A stretch of 64,000 nucleotides of DNA, taken from sequence record NC_023719.1; one strand, 5' to 3'. The stretch's first letter is position 1, and the number at the start of each line of letters is the position of its first letter. Shown piece by piece: positions 39,172 through 49,186 of this stretch. The translations under genes and the position numbers were made by a program. The notes under the pieces were generated by a model. It worked only from the letters and a program-made list of their open reading frames with translations, did not search any database and was not told where the DNA came from.

Positions 39172-39849
39172 TTATCCTCTCTTTACTCTTCTAAGTCTAG
39201 AACTTGCAACATGGAGTTCTAGATTTTTTACTTTATCTTCTAATTCACTCAATTGGCTAGTAGCTTGATCAAAACTTAACCAAGTGTTGAAGTTTAAAGT
39301 TTCTCTAATAAGATTGTATGATTCATCGTCAGCCACAACATATTCATCCATAAACCTTACTCCAGTTATGTCTGATACTGGTATTGGTCCTTCGTGAACT
39401 ACTTGTTCGATTTCATCAATAGATGTTTGCCAGCGTGGTGTATTGTCATCAAATAAAGACTCCAATTCTTCTTCATCATCTGGGTCATTTAGGAGTACGA
39501 CCATATCGTCATAATCCGGAACTAGATTACTTGTATCCGTTTCAATTTTTAAATCAACCGGCACATTTGGCATATTTTTATCAAACTGTGTTGCATCAAC
39601 GACTTTTTCTCTGTAGTAGTTTAAAACATCTTCATTACTGCCTAGATATATACCATTTAGATTGCCTGACGGTGTTCTTTCTTCAACGGGTATATTTTCA
39701 CTTTCTAAACCGTTACTGACAACTCCAGTTTCTCCACTTGGTAGTAATGAACCAGATTCTTTTATTTTTTGTAATACTTGACTTGAAGTAGTATGGAAAA
39801 GTTCAATCTTTCCACTAGCTAATTTTTTTAATTTCAATAATCTTGTCAT
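39172..39849 (-). CDS. ADP-ribosyltransferase-fold protein (paralog 1)
   Basis: LFHTTS...I..SG.L.P, GIYLG, PV.LKI...NLVPD; AAGGAG RBS favours start 39849 (MTRLL) over 39870. Confidence 0.6.
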   Translation of the reverse strand: MTRLLKLKKLASGKIELFHTTSSQVLQKIKESGSLLPSGETGVVSNGLESENIPVEERTPSGNLNGIYLGSNEDVLNYYREKVVDATQFDKNMPNVPVDLKIETDTSNLVPDYDDMVVLLNDPDDEEELESLFDDNTPRWQTSIDEIEQVVHEGPIPVSDITGVRFMDEYVVADDESYNLIRETLNFNTWLSFDQATSQLSELEDKVKNLELHVASSRLRRVKRG

Positions 39850-39875
39850 CGAATTTACTCCTTGTAACATATTTG

Positions 39876-39904
39876 TTTACAAATAAACACAAAAATTATA
39901 TAAT
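39876..39904 (+). promoter_or_regulatory. Sigma-A-type (early) promoter of the ADP-ribosylglycohydrolase
   Basis: TTTACA-N17-TATAAT. Confidence 0.8.
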
Positions 39905-39950
39905 TAAATTATAAGATATTTATTATCATAAATTATAAGGCGGCGAAAAA

Positions 39951-40823
39951 ATGTTAAATAAATTTAAAGGTGCTCTTTTAGGTTTAGCAGTTGGAGACGC
40001 TTTAGGTGCAACAACAGAATTTATGTCAAAAGAAGAAGTTAAAGTGATGTATAATTATTTAAATCAAATTGTTGGTGGTGGCTGGTTAAGTTTAAAAGCT
40101 GGTGATATTACTGACGATACTGAAATGACTATTTGTGTAGCAGAAGGAATTTTAAATAATTACAATAATCCTATAGAATCTATTGGAAAAGAGTTTATTA
40201 AATGGTACGAATCTGATCCAAAAGATGTGGGTTTATCTACTTCTTGTTCTATAAAAAACTATTTTTCTTATGGAGACTGGTTTAAAGCATCTAAGAAATC
40301 TCATGAAGAATTAGGAAAAAGTGCAGGTAATGGTAGTTTAATGCGTTGTTTACCAGTTGCATTAGCTTATTCAAATAAAGATAAAATGATCGAAATTACA
40401 ACTAAGCAATCAAAAATGACTCATTATGATGATTTAGCTTCAGAAGCGTGTGTAATCTACAGTAAAATTGCAAGTAACATTATTGATGGAATAGTTCTTA
40501 AAGAAGCTATAAGAAAAGAAGTAAAGAATACTAAATATCAAATGGTATTAACTAACAACTTAAATACCGTTCCGGATGGTTTTGTAGTTAATACTTTTAG
40601 TTGGGTTTTAAAGGTATTGATTAATACTAATAATTTTAATGATGTTGTGGAACAATTAGCTAATTTAGGTGAAGACTCTGATACAACTGCTGCAATCGCT
40701 GGTGGATTAGCTGGTTTACACTATGGTTATGATAGTATCGATGAAAAATATAAGAATAAAATCATAGTAAGAAATCAAATAGAAGAAATTGCAGAAAAGT
40801 TATACAATGTACGGAATCAATAG
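39951..40823 (+). CDS. draG: ADP-ribosylglycohydrolase (DraG/ARH family)
   Basis: GLAVGDALG, TDDTEM, SAGNGSLMR, GEDSDTTAAIAGGLAG. Confidence 0.95.
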   Translation: MLNKFKGALLGLAVGDALGATTEFMSKEEVKVMYNYLNQIVGGGWLSLKAGDITDDTEMTICVAEGILNNYNNPIESIGKEFIKWYESDPKDVGLSTSCSIKNYFSYGDWFKASKKSHEELGKSAGNGSLMRCLPVALAYSNKDKMIEITTKQSKMTHYDDLASEACVIYSKIASNIIDGIVLKEAIRKEVKNTKYQMVLTNNLNTVPDGFVVNTFSWVLKVLINTNNFNDVVEQLANLGEDSDTTAAIAGGLAGLHYGYDSIDEKYKNKIIVRNQIEEIAEKLYNVRNQ

Positions 40824-40852
40824 AAAAAGCTAAAATTTATGATCCATAACTA

Positions 40853-40881
40853 TTTACAATATACCGTTTATATGATATAAT
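40853..40881 (+). promoter_or_regulatory. Sigma-A-type promoter overlapped by a 17-bp inverted repeat
   Basis: TTTACA-N17-TATAAT; accgtttatatgatata/tatatcatataaacggt. Confidence 0.7.
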
Positions 40882-40975
40882 AAATATATATCATATAAAC
40901 GGTTTTAATTTTTTCAAATGATGTTGAATATAATGTTATTAAATAATAATCACATTGTGAACAAGGAGGAATATT

Positions 40976-41410
40976 ATGATACATTTAGTGATTTTAATGT
41001 TATCTATCATTTTGATAGTTGTTGGCTTTATAATGACAATTACGGGCATAGCATTAAAGATTTTGGATGCTATATTTGATCTATTTAAAGCGATAATTTA
41101 CTTTACTATAGGTTCATATCATAAGAAAAATGTTGTTTCAAAATTAGGTAGTGCTCAATGGTCTCCAGAAGAATTAGCTATGATAGATCAAATTGAGTAT
41201 AGCAAGAGAAATAAATACGAAACTAGAGCAAGACAAGAGGTGTATGAAGGGATTTTATTATTCTCATCAAGAATGAAAGCAAAATATCCAAAAGCCGACC
41301 AAAGCTTATTTGACAAAGTAGAAAATGAATTCTTGCAAGCTTCAGATTTAAATATCTTTAAAGAGTATGAAGCAAAGATACGAGATAGTCATGTTAGGAA
41401 TAGTATCTAA
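40976..41410 (+). CDS. Membrane-anchored hypothetical protein
   Basis: AAGGAGG RBS; long hydrophobic N-terminus. Confidence 0.7.
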   Translation: MIHLVILMLSIILIVVGFIMTITGIALKILDAIFDLFKAIIYFTIGSYHKKNVVSKLGSAQWSPEELAMIDQIEYSKRNKYETRARQEVYEGILLFSSRMKAKYPKADQSLFDKVENEFLQASDLNIFKEYEAKIRDSHVRNSI

Positions 41411-41492
41411 GATGTCATTTAAACTTAAAATGCTAATTAAATATAATTATTAAAAATAGACAACTATAAAAACTAGTAGTTGTCTATTTTTA

Positions 41493-41521
41493 TTTACAAT
41501 GTAATGAAAATATTATATAAT
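41493..41521 (+). promoter_or_regulatory. Sigma-A-type (early) promoter of the ligase
   Basis: TTTACA-N17-TATAAT. Confidence 0.8.
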
Positions 41522-41554
41522 AAATATATAAGGATTATGCTAGGAGGAAGATAG

Positions 41555-43597
41555 ATGAGTAAAGCAATTCTTACAAAGATGGAAAAACTATCAGAATTAA
41601 TTGAGTATCACAACACACAATACTTTACTAATAAGAAACCAGAAATTGAGGATGCAGTATTTGACCAGCTAGTACGTCAATTAGAATTTTTAGAAAAGAA
41701 GTATCCTCAATACGCAAAATCAAATAGCCCAACTAAACAAGTGGGAGAAAAAATTGAAATCAATACCTTTGAAACTACAAAACATAGAAAGAGAATGCCG
41801 TCACTAGGCAAATCAATGAGTACCGATGAATTGTATGAATTCGCAGTTAAAATGTATTTGGGTGGAGCTCGTGATTTCGTTCTTGAACCAAAAATTGATG
41901 GGTTAGCTTTATCTTTATGGTATAAAGAAGGGAATTTCGTTAAAGGTGTTACTCGTGGAGATGGAGAGTATGGTGACGATGTAACGCAAACAGTTTTATC
42001 TATTAAAGATATACCAAAAACTCTACCTAATAATTTTACTGGTGAAGTTCGTGGCGAAGCTTATATGAAAAAATCAGACTTCATTGCATACAACGAAACA
42101 AGAGTGTTAATGGGATTAAAAAAATATGCTAATACTAGAAATTTGGCTTCTGGTATTTTAAAAAGAAAAGAAGTTACTGAAGAAAATAGTTTAATCAGTT
42201 TCTTAGCTTATAGCATTATTGATGAAGATCATGATTTTGATTTATATTCTGATGGCATTCAGAAATTAGATGAGTATGGGTTTAATACATCTTTATTAAT
42301 TGTTTCTAAAACTGACAAATCTCAAGCGCCTCAATATCGATTACACTTTATTGATAGAAATTTCCCACATACATCTTTAAAAGATATTCTTGAAGACTTG
42401 GTTAATATTTGGACTGAATTGAGACCAAAATTAGATTTTGACATTGATGGGTTAGTTTTGAAAGCTAACAAAGTCTCTATTCAAGAAACTTTTGGTGAAA
42501 GCAAACATTCTCCGAATTGGGCTACTGCATTTAAATTCCCAGCTGAAGAGGGAGTTACGACACTGTTAGATGTAGTTTGGACAATGGGTAATAAAGGGAA
42601 TATCACTCCAAATGCTAGAATAGAACCTATCGAGTTAATGGGTGTTACTGTCTCTGGAACCACTCTTCATAATTTAGATGAATTAGAAAGATTAGATCTT
42701 ATGATTGGTGATACAATTATTGTGTCTAGGCGTGGCGATGTTATTCCTAAAGTAGAAAGTGTAATTAAAGAATTACGAACAGGAGAAGAAATTCCTATTA
42801 AGATTCCAATGGTTTGCCCTACTGATGGGGTACCTACTGTAATAGATGGATCGTTTTTACGTTGCTCTAATGGAGATAATTGTGAATATATGAAATTCGC
42901 AAAAGTACAAAACTTTATTCATTCAATGGAAATTGATGAATTGGGGCCAATTGTGATAGAGAAAATGTTAGAAGCTAATATCATTTCAAACTTAACAGAT
43001 TTGTATGATGTAAAACCAGAACAAATTGAACCATTAGAGAGAATGGGGAAAAAATCTGCTAACAAAATCGTTAAGAATATTCAAAAATCAAAAGACAACC
43101 AATTGCATAAAGTTATTGCGGGATTAACAATTAAAAACGTATCAATTTCAACTGCAGAAAACTTAGTTGCAAAATATAAGAACTTAGAATCACTATTGTA
43201 TTGTACTGTTGATGAGTTACAAACAATACCAGATGTTGGGCCGAAAACTGCATTAAATGTTTATCAATGGTTCCAAAAAGAAGAAAATAGAGAAATAATT
43301 TACAAACTTATAGATAAAGAGGTTGGTTTCTATAAAGAGCAAGTTTTAGAATCTGATAAACTAAGTAATGTGATATTCTGTTTCACAGGTAAGATGGTTA
43401 ATTTTAAACGAAAAGAATTAGAAAAAATGGTAAAAGATAATGGTGGCTCATTGGGTGGAGTAAATAAGAAGTTGAATTATTTAGTGACTGGTGAAGATGC
43501 AGGTAGTAAACTGTCAGACGCTGAAGAATTAAATGCTAATAAAGGTACAAGTATTTCGATTATCACAGAAACTGAATTTTTAGATATGCTGAAGTAG
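41555..43597 (+). CDS. ligA: NAD-dependent DNA ligase
   Basis: EPKIDG adenylation motif, TRGDG.YG.DVT, DIDGLVLK, HhH repeats, C-terminal BRCT. Confidence 0.97.
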   Translation: MSKAILTKMEKLSELIEYHNTQYFTNKKPEIEDAVFDQLVRQLEFLEKKYPQYAKSNSPTKQVGEKIEINTFETTKHRKRMPSLGKSMSTDELYEFAVKMYLGGARDFVLEPKIDGLALSLWYKEGNFVKGVTRGDGEYGDDVTQTVLSIKDIPKTLPNNFTGEVRGEAYMKKSDFIAYNETRVLMGLKKYANTRNLASGILKRKEVTEENSLISFLAYSIIDEDHDFDLYSDGIQKLDEYGFNTSLLIVSKTDKSQAPQYRLHFIDRNFPHTSLKDILEDLVNIWTELRPKLDFDIDGLVLKANKVSIQETFGESKHSPNWATAFKFPAEEGVTTLLDVVWTMGNKGNITPNARIEPIELMGVTVSGTTLHNLDELERLDLMIGDTIIVSRRGDVIPKVESVIKELRTGEEIPIKIPMVCPTDGVPTVIDGSFLRCSNGDNCEYMKFAKVQNFIHSMEIDELGPIVIEKMLEANIISNLTDLYDVKPEQIEPLERMGKKSANKIVKNIQKSKDNQLHKVIAGLTIKNVSISTAENLVAKYKNLESLLYCTVDELQTIPDVGPKTALNVYQWFQKEENREIIYKLIDKEVGFYKEQVLESDKLSNVIFCFTGKMVNFKRKELEKMVKDNGGSLGGVNKKLNYLVTGEDAGSKLSDAEELNANKGTSISIITETEFLDMLK

Positions 43598-43606
43598 ATT
43601 CTATTT

Positions 43607-43879
43607 ATGTTACAATGGGAAAGGGAGAATAGAATGGAAAACAAACAGCTTACTGCAAAAGAATTGATAGAAATTTTGAAAGATGTTCCACCAAATGCTG
43701 TTATAGCTACATCTGACTATTTTGGTAGTAATCATCAGTTATATAAGCCAACTGTGAAATTTATAAAAAGTGGACAATCATTTAACCTCGAACCGCACGT
43801 CGATAACGGTACATCCTTTGTAAATGGCAAACAAAAATTTAAAAAAGACACTGTCTATATAGGACATCAAATCTTATAG
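43607..43879 (+). CDS. Hypothetical protein
   Basis: LTAKELIEILKDVPPNA pattern; GGGAG RBS suggests start at MENK. Confidence 0.65.
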   Translation: MLQWERENRMENKQLTAKELIEILKDVPPNAVIATSDYFGSNHQLYKPTVKFIKSGQSFNLEPHVDNGTSFVNGKQKFKKDTVYIGHQIL

Positions 43880-43992
43880 ATTAATATTTTTGTTAAATTC
43901 TTATCCACTATGAAAATAGTGGATATTTTTTTTGTGTTCTTTTATATAAGAAATGTATAAGAAGAAATTTAAAGAAAGAGGAGAGACTTTAA

Positions 43993-44730
43993 TTGAGTTA
44001 TTTAAGAAAGATAGCTAATGTTGATGAGTTGGGCGAAATCAATATGCCTCAAGATATTCTCAATCAAATCTTGTATAATATTGGAGAAGATATCTCCGTT
44101 GGTAGTATAGTATATAGAAGATTAATGAATTCAAATACTAGATTTACTGTAGAAGTATGGGTTATGAGCGATAATACTTTCTGTGTATTTTCTGGAGAGT
44201 TTGATGGAATGTGGACTGTAAGCAATATTGAGTATAATGGCAATTTTTCTAGCGAAGCAGAAGCTGAATCGTTTGTACAAGCAAATTTACAGTCTAAGGC
44301 AGATTTTAATGAGGTGGTAATGGTGCAAAGTCGTTTAAAGAAAAATGATTTTATGAGAAAACATGCAGCGGGTAAAGAACCTGACTATGAAGAAATAGCA
44401 AAAGGTTTTGCGAGTACAATTGATGTTAGTGTTCCTGATATTGAAAAAGGACATGCAAGTTCTTTAAATAAATATTATGATGATTTTGAAAGTTACATGA
44501 AAAAATACTATCCTGAATGGGCAAAATACCCTGCATTTATTTGGGGTGGATGGGGTTATTTTGTTGATAGTTACAATAACCAAGAGAATAAAGAAGAAAA
44601 ACCAGAAGAAGATACACAAGTTGAAAATCAACAAGAAGAACAAAATGAGCAAGTTGAACAAATACAACAAACTGATGTTACTCCAACAGTAGACGTTTCA
44701 ATGGATATGGGTTCTGATTCAAGTAACTAA
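43993..44730 (+). CDS. Hypothetical protein, possibly virion-internal, with acidic/Gln-rich tail
   Basis: GAGGAG RBS, TTG start; MSYLRKIA leader. Confidence 0.65.
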   Translation: MSYLRKIANVDELGEINMPQDILNQILYNIGEDISVGSIVYRRLMNSNTRFTVEVWVMSDNTFCVFSGEFDGMWTVSNIEYNGNFSSEAEAESFVQANLQSKADFNEVVMVQSRLKKNDFMRKHAAGKEPDYEEIAKGFASTIDVSVPDIEKGHASSLNKYYDDFESYMKKYYPEWAKYPAFIWGGWGYFVDSYNNQENKEEKPEEDTQVENQQEEQNEQVEQIQQTDVTPTVDVSMDMGSDSSN

Positions 44731-44757
44731 AATAAAGTAAAGTTTTTTCTCTTTTCT

Positions 44758-44790
44758 TGTTAAAAAACTTATGGATTATGAATATTATAT
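44758..44790 (+). promoter_or_regulatory. Putative phage middle promoter
   Basis: TGTTAAA-N18-TATTATAT. Confidence 0.65.
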
Positions 44791-44979
44791 AACCATAAAA
44801 TCAAACAATTGCAACGACTCTACAGCTAAATGTTAGAGACTAAAAAAAGTTAATCTAACTTTACACAAGCTGTTATAAATCACACCAGATTGTATATATA
44901 ATAATGGGAAGAGTCTTAAAGCAAATGATTTCCTACATTTTATAACAAAACTTTAACAAAAGAGAGGATTATTTTAGAT

Positions 44980-45267
44980 ATGAGAAAAGCAGAATTAGTT
45001 TCAAAATTAGTAGACCGCGTAGAAGGTTTAAGCGCAGAAAAAGCTTCAAAAGCTATTAACGGAGTGTTTGATATCATTGCAGAAGCACTAGAAAAAGGTG
45101 ATTCTTATAGTCATGATAAATTTGGTACTTTTAAAGTAGTAACTCGCGCTCCACGTAAAGGCCGTAATCCAAAAACTGGTGAAACGATCGAAATCGATGC
45201 AAAAAATGCTGTAAAATTAATCGTTTCTTCTCATTTAAAAGACGTAGTAAACGAATCAAATAAGTAA
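44980..45267 (+). CDS. hup: HU-family DNA-binding protein
   Basis: M.KAELV...FGTFKV..RAPRKGRNPKTGETIEI.AK. Confidence 0.95.
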   Translation: MRKAELVSKLVDRVEGLSAEKASKAINGVFDIIAEALEKGDSYSHDKFGTFKVVTRAPRKGRNPKTGETIEIDAKNAVKLIVSSHLKDVVNESNK

Positions 45268-45387
45268 TTATCTCAGTGAGATTAAGAAAAGAGATACCAT
45301 TGAGGTATCTCTTTTTTTAGCATAAGGAGATACGATATACAAGATATACAAAGTATATTGAAAAAATAATTAGAAAGGAGAAATAAA

Positions 45388-45957
45388 ATGTCAATTTATT
45401 TTGCAGTTGAGTTTGATGAAAAAACAAATGCTCGTTTAAAACAAAAACAATTGTTAGTAAAACAGAATAGTACGCAAGGCGATTTTGTTCAACCAGAAAC
45501 TTTTCACATTACAGTTCTATTTTGTGTTGGCGGTGATGGTGGATATTCTAGAAGTGAATACGTAGAGTTATTAGATGAATTTGGTAGAAGATATAAAGAT
45601 CAATTAAAGCCATTTGATTTAAAGCTTCAAAATTTCTGTCAGTTCCCTGGGAGAAATGATAATGGCAATGTGGTTTGGGTAGGAGTAAGAGATTCATTTC
45701 CATTATACGAAATAAAAGACAATTTAGAAAAAACAATACAAAGTATGAATATAAAGAAAGAAAAAAGTCAACACAACTCTTATACACCTCATATAACAAT
45801 GGCATATGATTGTATTTTAAAAGATGGTTTCAATACTTTGTTTGAAGAAGATGAACCAGTAACTATTAAGTCGTTAGTTTTGTGGGATTCTTTTAAAGCT
45901 GGTAAGAATGGTAATGATGCCCATGTGTACAATAAAGTTCATGAATTATTTTTTTAA
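45388..45957 (+). CDS. 2H phosphoesterase (RNA 2',3'-cyclic phosphodiesterase/LigT-like)
   Basis: Two HxT motifs (FHITV, YTPHITM); VVWVGV. Confidence 0.9.
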   Translation: MSIYFAVEFDEKTNARLKQKQLLVKQNSTQGDFVQPETFHITVLFCVGGDGGYSRSEYVELLDEFGRRYKDQLKPFDLKLQNFCQFPGRNDNGNVVWVGVRDSFPLYEIKDNLEKTIQSMNIKKEKSQHNSYTPHITMAYDCILKDGFNTLFEEDEPVTIKSLVLWDSFKAGKNGNDAHVYNKVHELFF

Positions 45958-45971
45958 AAGGAGAGAGTTAA

Positions 45972-46418
45972 GTGGAATTAAACCCGTTTGAATTAATAGA
46001 GTGTAATGAGTTACCCAATAAGGAAGATGTATATGATTTTAACTATATAGATCTAGTGAGAAGTGTTACAGATAAAGTAGATTGGATTATAGAAGCCGGC
46101 TTTAGGGATTATCAAGGAGATTTTTTCTTCTTAGGTAAAGACAAAGATAACAATATTTATTATATCGTTAGTGGCTATGGATCTTGTAGTGGTTGTGACG
46201 CTTTACAGGCTTGCGATAATTTTGAAGATGTAAAAACATTACGAGATGATTTAAAACGTAGTATTCGCAAATTCAATTCTTTAAATGAGTTTGAATCTTT
46301 GTTTAATAAAGAGGCGCAAACTGAATGGTATTCTACGGATGATGTTAAAGAATTCGTTAAAGAAGTGAATTCTAATTTATCTATTAATCTAAGCTGGCGA
46401 GAAGAAGATGAGTTTTAA
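45972..46418 (+). CDS. Hypothetical protein (YGSCSGCD motif)
   Basis: AAGGAG RBS; DYQGD...SGYGSCSGCD. Confidence 0.7.
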   Translation: MELNPFELIECNELPNKEDVYDFNYIDLVRSVTDKVDWIIEAGFRDYQGDFFFLGKDKDNNIYYIVSGYGSCSGCDALQACDNFEDVKTLRDDLKRSIRKFNSLNEFESLFNKEAQTEWYSTDDVKEFVKEVNSNLSINLSWREEDEF

Positions 46419-46423
46419 CTTAA

Positions 46424-46456
46424 AGTTAAATACAAGATATGCATATCATATTATAA
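46424..46456 (+). promoter_or_regulatory. Putative phage middle promoter (variant)
   Basis: AGTTAAA-N18-TATTATAA. Confidence 0.5.
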
Positions 46457-46509
46457 CTACATCAAGATGATTGGTGTAGTTTTTTATATGCTAATAGAAA
46501 GAAGGTAGA

Positions 46510-47370
46510 GTGAACTTGACAAATAAAAAAATAATAAGAGTGATGGCAGGCCTTCCGGGTTCAGGCAAAACGACACTTGCTAACAAGTTTAAAGCAGAAC
46601 AACGAAGAAATTTATTTATTTGGAATATCGATAAATACTCAAGAAGAAATGAATTAAGTGGTTTTTTTAGAGAAATACATTACGATTTTGATAGATATAA
46701 ATATCATGTTTTAGATGGATTATTTTTAAGTAATGATGATTACGCTAAATTAATAGATCATTTAATGCGGTGGGATTCTATTGGCAAAAATGGAAATGTT
46801 GAATTTGAATTTTATTATTTTGAACCCGACATTGAAGCTTGTGTATGGAATGATAGAGCGAGAGGCAGATCAGAAAATGCATTTGTTACTATTAAAAATG
46901 CATTAGTGGAAAAACCAGATTTAGAACAATTAGTTAAACTAACAAATTATCCAATTAGAGTAATAGATTGTACTGTTCAAAGAGCAGATGAATTTGAAGT
47001 CTATTATAATTCATTTAAAGAACATTTTAATTTTTATAATGATTATTTATTAAGTGAATCTTGGTCTAAAGGCGGGAATTGGTGCGATTGCTGGGGTTCT
47101 GATGTTGAATGTGATTATGAGGAAGATCCTGATTTATTACCCGAAAATTTCGATGGGTTTATAGAATTGATGAATAATATCTTACCAGAAATGGACGAAA
47201 AACTCAAGAAAGAATTATTTGATTTTACTGTAGATTACTATGAGGATAGTGAAAGCGATTACTACGGTGGAACGCAACATCATAAATATTTTAGATGTGA
47301 TTTAAAAGAATTATATAGATTATTAGAGGAAAAAGAGTTGTTAATATTATCAATGTTATTAGATCAATAG
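46510..47370 (+). CDS. P-loop kinase (AAA_33/polynucleotide-kinase-like) with acidic C-terminal domain
   Basis: VMAGLPGSGKTTLA; VLDG; C.W.DR.R lid motif. Confidence 0.7.
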   Translation: MNLTNKKIIRVMAGLPGSGKTTLANKFKAEQRRNLFIWNIDKYSRRNELSGFFREIHYDFDRYKYHVLDGLFLSNDDYAKLIDHLMRWDSIGKNGNVEFEFYYFEPDIEACVWNDRARGRSENAFVTIKNALVEKPDLEQLVKLTNYPIRVIDCTVQRADEFEVYYNSFKEHFNFYNDYLLSESWSKGGNWCDCWGSDVECDYEEDPDLLPENFDGFIELMNNILPEMDEKLKKELFDFTVDYYEDSESDYYGGTQHHKYFRCDLKELYRLLEEKELLILSMLLDQ

Positions 47371-47381
47371 TTGAAACTTAA

Positions 47382-47414
47382 TGTTAAATACACTAAATAT
47401 ATATCATATAATAT
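47382..47414 (+). promoter_or_regulatory. Putative phage middle promoter
   Basis: TGTTAAA-N18-TATAATAT. Confidence 0.6.
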
Positions 47415-47532
47415 CTACATCAAAAATATTTGATGTAGATTTTTTTTACATAGCAAACAAGGAAGGAGAAAATAGAGGTAAAGTATTTACCTAGTAAAAT
47501 TCATATCATATAAAAAGAATGGAGAGAGAAAA

Positions 47533-48282
47533 ATGAATATTTTAAAGAGAATTATACCTATCGCAGTGTTGTTAGTTATTTGGGGAGTAGGTAGTAATTT
47601 CACAAACCCTTTGTTTTTACCACAACCATCTAAAGTATGGGACAGCTTCTTATCGTTAGCATCAAATGGCATGATATTTGAAGACCTATGGTACTCATTC
47701 AAACGAATCACAATGGCAACTTTATTATCTGCTTCAGTCAGTATTCCATTAGGATTATTAGTAGCTAATTATAAGTCTGTTGATAATATTGTTACACCAG
47801 TAACAGGAGTTATGCGATATCTACCAGTAACAGCCTTTTATCCTTTATTAATTATGTGGGTTGGAATTGAGGAGTCAATGAAAATTACTTTCTTATTCTT
47901 CGCAACTATTTTCTTCTTCTTACCAACTGTAATTTTAGCTATTAAAGAAGTTAATGTAGATTTAATTGATACTGCGAGAACGATGGGTATGTCTAAATTT
48001 AAAGTAATGTTAAAAGTTTTATTACCAGCTTCTTTACCTTCTATTGCACAATCATTCTTAATGATGTATGGTATTGGGTGGACTTATGTTATCATTGCTG
48101 AAATGGTAAATACAACTAAAGGTTTAGGTCACTTAATGAATATTGGATCTGCTCGCGGAAGAACTGACTTAGTGTTCTTAGCTCTTATCATTATTTTAGT
48201 ATTTAGTTACTTATTCGATACAGTTGGAAATTGGGCAATTCGAAAGGTATTTAAATGGAAATTCATTAAAAATAAAAATTAA
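47533..48282 (+). CDS. ABC transporter permease (SsuC/TauC/NitT family)
   Basis: LPQPSKVW, RYLPVTAFYPLLIMWVGI.E, EAA loop LIDTARTMG...VLLPASLP, IIAEM. Confidence 0.92.
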   Translation: MNILKRIIPIAVLLVIWGVGSNFTNPLFLPQPSKVWDSFLSLASNGMIFEDLWYSFKRITMATLLSASVSIPLGLLVANYKSVDNIVTPVTGVMRYLPVTAFYPLLIMWVGIEESMKITFLFFATIFFFLPTVILAIKEVNVDLIDTARTMGMSKFKVMLKVLLPASLPSIAQSFLMMYGIGWTYVIIAEMVNTTKGLGHLMNIGSARGRTDLVFLALIIILVFSYLFDTVGNWAIRKVFKWKFIKNKN

Positions 48283-48288
48283 ACTTTT

Positions 48289-48321
48289 TGTTAAATTCTA
48301 TTGACAATATGATTATTATAT
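48289..48321 (+). promoter_or_regulatory. Putative phage middle promoter
   Basis: TGTTAAA-N18-TATTATAT. Confidence 0.65.
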
Positions 48322-48335
48322 AACCAAGAAAAGGA

Positions 48336-48536
48336 ATGAATGCGATGCTAAAGGATGAAAAAGATTTAAAACGGTACAAAATAAAAGAACCATTTAAGAA
48401 GTTTCTTATTAAACTCATACCTTGTGGAATTGGTTCATTTGGTGCTCATTTTTTCTTAGCAGAAAGTGGTTCCTCTATTTTAATACCAATCTTCGTTACA
48501 TTAGTAATGGCACACATTACTAGTAAAATTAATTAG
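48336..48536 (+). CDS. Small two-TM membrane protein
   Basis: 66 aa with two hydrophobic segments, inside the ABC cassette. Confidence 0.6.
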   Translation: MNAMLKDEKDLKRYKIKEPFKKFLIKLIPCGIGSFGAHFFLAESGSSILIPIFVTLVMAHITSKIN

Positions 48537-48554
48537 TAGAAAGGGGTTTAGGAA

Positions 48555-49184
48555 ATGTTAAGTTTAAAAAATATTTCACATTCATTCAAAGGTAAAACCA
48601 TTTTCAATAACTTCAATTATGATTTTGAAGTTGGTAAAGTACACGCAATCTTGGGTAAGAGTGGTTGTGGAAAGAGTACTATGTTAAGAATCATTTCTGG
48701 TTTATTAGAGCCAGAAAGTGGTACAGTTGAATACAATGGTACTGTTATAACGAAACCAAGCGCAGACATTTTCATGATGCATCAAAATTATGTTAATTTC
48801 CCATGGAAAAATTGCTTACAAAACATAATGTTCCCTATTGAGTTACAACGCAAAACAACTGAAGAAGATGTTAAGCAAGCAAAAACCTTATTAAAACGAG
48901 TTGGCTTGGAAGGCGCTGAATCTAAATACCCAGATGAGTTATCTGGTGGGATGAAACAAAGATTAGCATTGGCTAGGATTTTAATGAGTAAACCAAAAGT
49001 TATCTTAATGGATGAACCATTAAGCGCTTTGGATGAAAAAACCAGAAATGAAATGCAAGATTTGATCTTAGAAGTACAGAAAGAAACAAATAGCACAGTC
49101 TTAATGATTACCCATAGTAAGGAAGAAGCCGATAAAATGGCTACTAATATATTAACTTTAAAACCACACAAAGGGGAGAATTAA
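48555..49184 (+). CDS. ABC transporter ATP-binding protein (SsuB/TauB family)
   Basis: [30 protein letters not shown]. Confidence 0.95.
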   Translation: MLSLKNISHSFKGKTIFNNFNYDFEVGKVHAILGKSGCGKSTMLRIISGLLEPESGTVEYNGTVITKPSADIFMMHQNYVNFPWKNCLQNIMFPIELQRKTTEEDVKQAKTLLKRVGLEGAESKYPDELSGGMKQRLALARILMSKPKVILMDEPLSALDEKTRNEMQDLILEVQKETNSTVLMITHSKEEADKMATNILTLKPHKGEN

Positions 49185-49186
49185 TT

